A stretch of DNA of 64,000 nucleotides, taken from a virus. Its lineage: Duplodnaviria > Caudoviricetes. The DNA lies in IMG/VR virus record IMGVR_UViG_3300020577_006271, positions 98,684 through 162,683 of that record, one strand, 5' to 3'. Position numbers and translations under genes: made by a program. Below, piece after piece: positions 57,767-64,000 of the stretch (positions are counted from its first letter, which is position 1; each line of letters opens with the position of its first letter). The notes under the pieces are model-generated. The model made no database searches. It was given only the letters and a program-made list of their open reading frames with translations, and had not been told where the DNA came from.

Positions 57767-58057
57767 ATGATTTCATATCCACATCCACACGATATAAAAG
57801 AAAACTATCGTGTATTAGCATATATTACTTCGGCGCCATTAAACAGTTCCAGAATTGCTCGAGTTCACAGAGTCAAACGTTTAAGTGACAATTTACGAAT
57901 TGAGCGTGGCGAAATCGTATTGTTTGGTAATGAACGATGTCGAGTTATTAGATTCGTTGAATTCCCTGATGATTTAGGGGTCGAACTTAAAGTATTGAAT
58001 AAACTTAATACTATTATTGATGCACGTTGCTCACAACTAACTGAATTCATACCATGA
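57767..58057 (+). CDS. Hypothetical protein
   Basis: 96 aa ORF. Confidence 0.5.
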   Translation: MISYPHPHDIKENYRVLAYITSAPLNSSRIARVHRVKRLSDNLRIERGEIVLFGNERCRVIRFVEFPDDLGVELKVLNKLNTIIDARCSQLTEFIP

Positions 58058-58326
58058 CACCATATTTAGAAATTACAGAGACGGAAATGCTAGATATCAT
58101 TGATAAATGCAATGACAATGAGAATGCATATAAAGAATGCATCATTATATTATACGGATCGTTTTATCATCTAACATTATTTGGTTCTACTAATAAATTG
58201 ATACTCGGTTCCATGATATATAATCGGATAATTTTGAATAATAACAGAAGATTTGAAATGGCCATAGCCAAACCAAGTTCATCTAGATTATCCGATTTTA
58301 ATAAAATACCATTATGCCGAATTTAA
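58054..58326 (+). CDS. Hypothetical protein
   Basis: 90 aa ORF coupled to the previous gene. Confidence 0.5.
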   Translation: MTPYLEITETEMLDIIDKCNDNENAYKECIIILYGSFYHLTLFGSTNKLILGSMIYNRIILNNNRRFEMAIAKPSSSRLSDFNKIPLCRI

Positions 58327-58347
58327 ATTAAACAATGCCCCTGTATT

Positions 58348-59688
58348 ATGATAAATGTAATAAGTGAGATTCTTCAGGAAATAAATCAAGAAAACGGATC
58401 AAATTGGAAGTTGTCCGTTCTTAAAAAATACAAAGACAATGATCTATTAAAGCGTGTCTTGAAAATGACTTATGATCGTGTAACCTTTACATATGGTATC
58501 AAGAAATTGTTATCAACCGATCAAGCTAATGGATTAGTTGACTTGACAACATTTTTAAATTTTATTGAACGAAATATTGTATCACGAGAAGTTACTGGGC
58601 ACGATGCGTTGAATTTACTTAAAGCCCAAATGAATTTATTATCCGAATCCGACCAATTGATCGCTCGGGGAATTCTAAATCGTGACCTTAGACTAAACTT
58701 GGGACGAACAACTATTAATAAAATTTGGCCTGATTTAATTGTAAAGCCGCCTTATATGAGATGCGGAGTCTACTCGGAGAAGACAGCATCTAAAATAAAC
58801 TTTCCAGCAATTATAGAATTGAAAGCAGATGGTACTTTTCGGTATGTTATTAAAGAAGATGATAAGATAACATTTATGACTAGGTCTGGAGAAGAATCAA
58901 CTTATCCAATATTGGAAGCCGAATTTAAAAATGATATATTCTTAAATGGTGTCTATGTTGGCGAAATGTTAGTTGCTAATTGTGAAACCAGACAAAAATC
59001 AAATGGATTAATTAATTCGGATAATCCACCACATGAAGATATTATTTTGCAATGTTGGGATTTCATATCCTTAGAAGAATTTGCCGATGCGAAACATCAG
59101 AGAACTATTCCAAGGACTCCTTATTCTGCAAGATTTGCCACATTATGCGAAATAACACGAAAGTATGTCGGAGTTAATTTACAATCGCATGTTTCGGAAA
59201 TTCCAAATAGAATTGTTAATAACATTCAAGAAGCATTAACAATTTGCTCGCAATGGATGAATGAAGGTTTCGAAGGGGCTGTTCTGAAAGACATTAATAA
59301 TGTATTTAAGGACCACACTTCCCCGACGCAATTGAAATTGAAATTGGAAATTGATGCCGACGTAAGAATAATTGGATTTTCTGAAGGAACTCCTGGAACA
59401 AAACGAGAGAAGACATTTGGTGCCATAATGTATGAAAACGATGAAGGTACAGTTAAAGGTCAATGTTCAGGATTTACCGATCAGCAGTTAGAAGATTTCA
59501 ACTCCAGAAGAACTGAACTAATTGGCAAGGTTATGACTGTTCAATTTAACGATTTAACAATAGCCAAAAACTCTGAGACATACGCATTAAACCATCCAAG
59601 GTTTATTGAGCTTAGAAATGACAAAGACGAAACGGATAGTTTGGAAAGACTATTTGAATTGAAAAACATGGCAATGCAATTGATATGA
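58348..59688 (+). CDS. ATP-dependent DNA ligase (T4 gp30-like)
   Basis: ELKADG, GEML, WD, EGAVLK, KLK, SGF and HPRF...R.DK. Confidence 0.95.
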   Translation: MINVISEILQEINQENGSNWKLSVLKKYKDNDLLKRVLKMTYDRVTFTYGIKKLLSTDQANGLVDLTTFLNFIERNIVSREVTGHDALNLLKAQMNLLSESDQLIARGILNRDLRLNLGRTTINKIWPDLIVKPPYMRCGVYSEKTASKINFPAIIELKADGTFRYVIKEDDKITFMTRSGEESTYPILEAEFKNDIFLNGVYVGEMLVANCETRQKSNGLINSDNPPHEDIILQCWDFISLEEFADAKHQRTIPRTPYSARFATLCEITRKYVGVNLQSHVSEIPNRIVNNIQEALTICSQWMNEGFEGAVLKDINNVFKDHTSPTQLKLKLEIDADVRIIGFSEGTPGTKREKTFGAIMYENDEGTVKGQCSGFTDQQLEDFNSRRTELIGKVMTVQFNDLTIAKNSETYALNHPRFIELRNDKDETDSLERLFELKNMAMQLI

Positions 59689-59877
59689 CAGATACATTTA
59701 CAGAGTCTGAAGTAATTGCATTGATGACCAGGGCATTTAATTTAGGATTTAACAAATATGAAGTTGTAGATGCTGGCCTAGAAGGTCGTGAAACTGATAC
59801 TGAAATTCGATGGATTTTAGAACTTTATAAACGTAAACGCACTAATGAAAACCCATCATAACCAGTGAAGGTTCACA

Positions 59878-59933
59878 TTAACAAAAATTTAACATTAATA
59901 ATTTGAATATTTGATTTACATACCGTATCTTTG
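59878..59933 (+). promoter_or_regulatory. Canonical promoter with an inverted TTAACA-N5-TTAACA box
   Basis: TTAACA 59878 and 59889; TTTG 59902; TATCTTTG 59926. Confidence 0.6.
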
Positions 59934-59960
59934 TATTGTAAATAAAAATAAATAAATAAT

Positions 59961-60209
59961 ATGTCACTTCAAGAACAAATCAACAAATTAGATGCTTTAA
60001 TAGCAACTAAACCACAAGTCTTACAAGCGTATAAAGATGCTAAATTAATTGGCAACAAATCCATGATGGAAATATGCAAAAACCAACTTGTTCAAATTCA
60101 AGAAGCTCCAGCCGAAAAGGTAAAGTTACTAAATAAATTTGAACAACGAATCCAGCATGCTGGAGCTAGAATGGAATTTGGCGGATTTACAATTACAGAA
60201 ACCTTTTAA
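59961..60209 (+). CDS. Hypothetical protein
   Basis: 82 aa ORF after the promoter. Confidence 0.55.
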   Translation: MSLQEQINKLDALIATKPQVLQAYKDAKLIGNKSMMEICKNQLVQIQEAPAEKVKLLNKFEQRIQHAGARMEFGGFTITETF

Positions 60210-60219
60210 AAATAATATC

Positions 60220-60552
60220 ATGGGATTTATAAATAGATTAAGAGACAAACTTGGCAGATTCATAAGTTCAAGCGACCTTGACATAACACCTATACCACCT
60301 ATAGAACAGGCTGTCGCGGATGCTTCAAGCGCTCTAACTCCTGAATTAGTAACATCGATTCAGACTAAAATTTTCATCAATGATCAAGAAATTGATTTAA
60401 CGAATTTAACGGAAGATGATGCTTTGGTATTATTACATTTTGGAATTTTACGTCCTGAACATTTCAGGGCGATTCAGCAAATGGAAGGATGGGATCAAAA
60501 TTCTAATGGTGAATACGATGAGTATGACGAAGATGACGAAGACGACGATTAA
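60220..60552 (+). CDS. Hypothetical protein with acidic tail
   Basis: RDKLGRF motif; EYDEYDEDDEDDD end. Confidence 0.55.
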   Translation: MGFINRLRDKLGRFISSSDLDITPIPPIEQAVADASSALTPELVTSIQTKIFINDQEIDLTNLTEDDALVLLHFGILRPEHFRAIQQMEGWDQNSNGEYDEYDEDDEDDD

Positions 60553-60577
60553 TAAGTAAACAATTAAATTTTTTATA

Positions 60578-61102
60578 ATGAGAACATTTATTTTCTTTAT
60601 TGCATTTGCCTTTATGGCCATTACTTTACCTGCTCAAAATTGTGACCAAATTATTGAAGAAAATCTTCAACTGCGGCAAGTAAATTATGAACTGGTAAGT
60701 GATTATAACCACTTGGTGAGAACTGAATCAAAACAAAACGATTCGATGTTAGTTTTACTGAACACTTTGAATGATAAGTTTAACCGAGAGCCGTCGGAAT
60801 TCAACCTAGGTTTTGGTGTAGCATATCATCAAACGAATGTTATTGATTTTTCGGCTTCCATTTATATCAGTCAGAATTATTTGAATTTTGGATATATTAC
60901 AGATAAACGTTTTAAATTTGGGGTAGGCCAGGTATTCACAAACAGATGGGCAGCAGATATAAATATAACATTGCCAGCATCAGACAGTGCTCCAGCAGCA
61001 TTTCAAACTAATATACGATACCGGGTTGTTGATAATTTGCAAGTTTCCTTAGGTACTGACACTAAGTCAGGATATACAGTTGGATTAAATTATAATATCT
61101 AA
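60578..61102 (+). CDS. Secreted / outer-membrane beta-strand protein
   Basis: Signal peptide, coiled coil, amphipathic strands ending VGLNYNI. Confidence 0.5.
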   Translation: MRTFIFFIAFAFMAITLPAQNCDQIIEENLQLRQVNYELVSDYNHLVRTESKQNDSMLVLLNTLNDKFNREPSEFNLGFGVAYHQTNVIDFSASIYISQNYLNFGYITDKRFKFGVGQVFTNRWAADINITLPASDSAPAAFQTNIRYRVVDNLQVSLGTDTKSGYTVGLNYNI

Positions 61103-61455
61103 TTGACATCTAATTGTATGAATAGGTTAGAAGAATTTCTTGAAGAGATAAAGGAGTTATCAGATATCGACACGATAAACGATTCCCAAGAGATGCAAGA
61201 CAGGTTAGAAGATATCCATGACCTAGTTGACAATTTCATGGTTGACATTTTTGATATTGGTACAACTGATGAAGACGAGTAGAGTCGTTTATATTCCTAG
61301 ATTTACTGGAACTGAATGGGTGCCGTGGCAAACTGTCAGGCCAACCCCGGAACAATTTGACAAATGGAATTCACATCCAAGATTAGATTATAATAATATT
61401 TTTACGGATGTGAATTCTTGCCAAACTTTTATTGATACAACATATAATATTCCAA

Positions 61456-62286
61456 ATGCCAAAAATTAATACCAATAAACTTTTAATATCTGAGATTTTT
61501 TATTCAGTTCAATGCGAAGGACTTTCGACTGGTATTCCGTCAGTATTTATTCGGTTAGCAAACTGCAATTTATCTTGTGGGTTTTCGCCTAAGTTTGTCA
61601 ATGATTTTAAAAAATCCGAAACAACGACGGCGGCCGGAGACATTGTTGGGGATTTAATGTTGGATAATAAAGCCACTTGGTGCTGCGACACAATGCCAGT
61701 CTGGATCAAGGGTAAGGAATGGGATTTTCAAGAAGTAATTGATTGGTTTAAAGAGCAAGGAATTTATGATGATATTCTCGGTGGGCTAATTCATATTATT
61801 TGGACGGGTGGAGAACCAACAATACCGGCTCACCAAGAATCGATTGAAAAATTTACTAGATATTGGTCATTAAACACCATTGAAAGTCTTAGGTCAGTTT
61901 TTTATGAAATTGAGACCAATGGGACTATTTCATTTGATGCTATATTTGAGCTTATTGATCAGGTTAACTGTTCTCCAAAATTATCAAATTCTGGAATGCC
62001 ACCCGTCCAACGTTTAAGGCCTGAAGTCATTAATTCTATTATGACTCATCCTAATTATCAATTTAAGTTTGTTATTTCTACAGAAGACGACATTTTCGAA
62101 ATGTTTGATACATACATAAATCCATTAAATATACCACTTAATAGGGTGGTGTGTATGCCAGGATTAGATTCACAAGAAAATTTCCATGAACGAACCAGAT
62201 GGGTTTTAGAAATGGCGAAAAAATATAAATTTATCGGAATGACTAGGTTGCATATCTCGGCTTGGGATAAGACAACTGGAGTTTAA
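61456..62286 (+). CDS. queE: 7-carboxy-7-deazaguanine synthase (radical SAM)
   Basis: ISEIFYSVQ.EG, FIRL..CNL.C...CDT, TGGEP, IETNG, SPKL and RLH. Confidence 0.9.
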   Translation: MPKINTNKLLISEIFYSVQCEGLSTGIPSVFIRLANCNLSCGFSPKFVNDFKKSETTTAAGDIVGDLMLDNKATWCCDTMPVWIKGKEWDFQEVIDWFKEQGIYDDILGGLIHIIWTGGEPTIPAHQESIEKFTRYWSLNTIESLRSVFYEIETNGTISFDAIFELIDQVNCSPKLSNSGMPPVQRLRPEVINSIMTHPNYQFKFVISTEDDIFEMFDTYINPLNIPLNRVVCMPGLDSQENFHERTRWVLEMAKKYKFIGMTRLHISAWDKTTGV

Positions 62287-62306
62287 TTACTGTTAAAAAT
62301 AATATA

Positions 62307-62516
62307 ATGAACATACATATTTTTAATATTTTAATATTAATTTTTGGATATTTACTTATCCGTTTTGTAATTTGCAAGGATGATTTTAAAGAATCTAGTC
62401 CATCAATGTATGGACCCACGATAGATTTAGGAGGATGTCTTGGTTATACCGTAATGCTAATCTGGACATTTATATTTCTAATTGTGTTTTATGTATTTGA
62501 TTTGAACTTATTATAA
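62307..62516 (+). CDS. Small membrane protein
   Basis: Two TM helices. Confidence 0.5.
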   Translation: MNIHIFNILILIFGYLLIRFVICKDDFKESSPSMYGPTIDLGGCLGYTVMLIWTFIFLIVFYVFDLNLL

Positions 62517-62535
62517 TTCTAATAAAATTAATGAC

Positions 62536-62718
62536 AAAAACAATTTATTGAAAGATGGTGTATATCGATACCTTTCACAAACTGAAATTGAAAAACTACA
62601 AACACTACCTATTGGCTACACAAAAATATTGTCTTACGATGAAGCGTATGATTGTATAGGAGATGGGTGGACAGTTGATATTATTGCACACATTCTGTCT
62701 TTTGCGGAGTGGTCATAG
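62536..62718 (+). pseudogene. 3' fragment of a C5-cytosine DNA methyltransferase
   Basis: RYLSQTEIEKLQTLP.GYT...IGDGWTVDIIAHI (motifs IX-X); no 5' part. Confidence 0.75.
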
Positions 62719-62724
62719 TATTGC

Positions 62725-62859
62725 CTGTAACGTTCCGACAGCTTGGCGAAGAAGCGGATTTAAAAGAACTAAAGTATCAAATATGCACAACACTCAATTA
62801 AAAGCACAACTGTTCGGACTACCACCATAGCCCGCTTTTTTGCCAAACCCGTGTTATAT
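62725..62859 (+). repeat. attC-like site 3
   Basis: CTGTAAC...GTTATAT ends; TTGGCGAAGAAGCGG / CCGCTTTTTTGCCAA stem. Confidence 0.65.
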
Positions 62860-62963
62860 GAAGGTGGGATTTCACGCACTACACTTTCATAGAAGCACGT
62901 AAAAAGAAAAAGAAAAAATGAGTGTGGAAAACTTTAAAAACATAATTTAAAAATGATAAACTA

Positions 62964-63701
62964 ATGACAAAAGAAGAAGTATTACAGCAATGCACGGTTG
63001 AAGGTAACGTAGTTAAATTACCAAACACACAACTTGACCGCAATGAGTATTTAGAAGTAAAAAAAGCACTTGAATTGATTGGTGGTAAATGGAAAGGTGG
63101 CAAAGTGTTTGGATTTGTTTTTGCAACTGACCCGACTGAATTACTTGCAGAAATCGCCAACGGTGAAAAACGAAATCTTAAAAAAGAATTTCAGTTTTTT
63201 GCAACTCCTGAAAAACTTGCAGATGAGTTGGTTTATTTGGCTGACCTTAAACAACACGATACAATTTTAGAGCCAAGTGCTGGACAGGGAGCAATTGTAA
63301 AGGCAATAAACAAGGTTTGTAATGTTGTACCTGATTGCTTTGAATTGATGGAAGTAAACACCATTATTTTAAACAAAAGCGGATTACTTTTCAATTTGAT
63401 TGGTGATGATTTTTTTAACCATAATGGGAAAACTTACAGCAAAATAATTGCAAACCCACCATTTACCAAAAACCAAGATATTGACCATTTAAAAGAAATG
63501 TATGAATGCCTTTCTCGTGGTGGTAGATTAGTTTGTATTACTTCTGAAAGTTGGGTAAACGGAAACCAAAAAAAGCAAGTTGAATTTAAAAACTGGCTTG
63601 ATGAAATTGAAGCGGAAGTAATTGACATTGAGAAAGGTGCTTTTAAAGATAGCGGAACAATGGTAGGGGGTAAAATAGTAGTGGTGAACAAACCTTTATA
63701 A
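62964..63701 (+). CDS. Amino (N6/N4) DNA methyltransferase-like, cassette-borne
   Basis: QFF.TP, ILEPSAGQG and IIANPPF. Confidence 0.85.
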   Translation: MTKEEVLQQCTVEGNVVKLPNTQLDRNEYLEVKKALELIGGKWKGGKVFGFVFATDPTELLAEIANGEKRNLKKEFQFFATPEKLADELVYLADLKQHDTILEPSAGQGAIVKAINKVCNVVPDCFELMEVNTIILNKSGLLFNLIGDDFFNHNGKTYSKIIANPPFTKNQDIDHLKEMYECLSRGGRLVCITSESWVNGNQKKQVEFKNWLDEIEAEVIDIEKGAFKDSGTMVGGKIVVVNKPL

Positions 63702-63786
63702 GTTTGAAAAACTTAAAGCGGGTGGGGCTTTTATTTTTTCTTTCAATTACGCAGAAAGTTTAAAACGAAGCACTTCCCCCGCTTGC

Positions 63787-63881
63787 TACTAACGGTGGGT
63801 GCTATGAGCAGGTTTGCCTTAGACAGACTTTCAATTTAGCGCAAATGTTATTGGCAAACTTGCTTATAGCACGTGTTATAC
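63787..63881 (+). repeat. attC-like site 4
   Basis: TACTAAC...GTTATAC ends; same GTGCTATGAGCAGGTTTGCC arm as site 1. Confidence 0.75.
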
Positions 63882-63942
63882 GCTGGCACGGTTGATTAAA
63901 CGATAAACTTGAATTGAAACACGAAACAAAATTTTTATTAAA

Positions 63943-64000
63943 ATGAGCGAGGGCAAAAAAGAAATATTATTAGGAGATTGTTTGGAACTTATGAAGGATA
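63943..64000 (+). CDS. Beta-class DNA methyltransferase, N-terminus (runs off the window)
   Basis: MSEGKKEILLGDCLELMKD. Confidence 0.7.
   Translation, partial: MSEGKKEILLGDCLELMKD

Noticed and set aside
894-63691. Many short antisense ORFs in the ORF track (e.g. 6910-7224, 24612-25118, 40699-41175)
   Set aside because: They lie opposite well-supported genes and have no motifs; shadow ORFs.
1-64000. Stop-codon reassignment
   Set aside because: Core genes read full length in code 11; breaks are frameshifts or insertions. The tRNA at 54183 has loop CTTCTAA, which is a UCU (Arg) anticodon, not a CUA suppressor.

Overview
AT-rich segment of a large T4-like (myovirus/jumbo) phage, probably infecting Bacteroidota. 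The host call rests on TAnnTTTG promoters, A-rich leaders without Shine-Dalgarno sites and a DUF4494-like gene. Standard genetic code. 1-14.2 kb (minus strand): baseplate/virion genes, a late sigma-like factor, an HD protein and an amidase. 14.2-42 kb (plus strand): a 7-deazaguanine cluster (folE, queC, TGT/DpdA-like; queD and queE lie elsewhere) interleaved with myo-inositol-1-phosphate synthase, a methyltransferase and a HAD phosphatase. The same stretch holds a split family-B DNA polymerase, clamp and clamp loader, glycosyltransferases, a thymidylate synthase split by an HNH gene, and an RNA ligase. 42.4-55 kb: a partly decayed tRNA array preceded by a leader-peptide attenuator, with homing-endonuclease remnants, a captured type I R-M fragment and putative capsid-packaged enzymes. 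55-64 kb: RadA-like ATPase, DNA ligase, queE and methyltransferase cassettes. Best leads: (1) a possible inositol-linked deazaguanine DNA hypermodification pathway; (2) integron-like attC gene cassettes in a phage; (3) a multi-codon leader-peptide attenuator in front of the tRNA array; (4) two essential enzymes split into halves with complementary extensions; (5) a rigidly spaced TGTTAA-N5-TGTTAA promoter class. All protein and RNA calls come from motif recognition by eye, with no database search.
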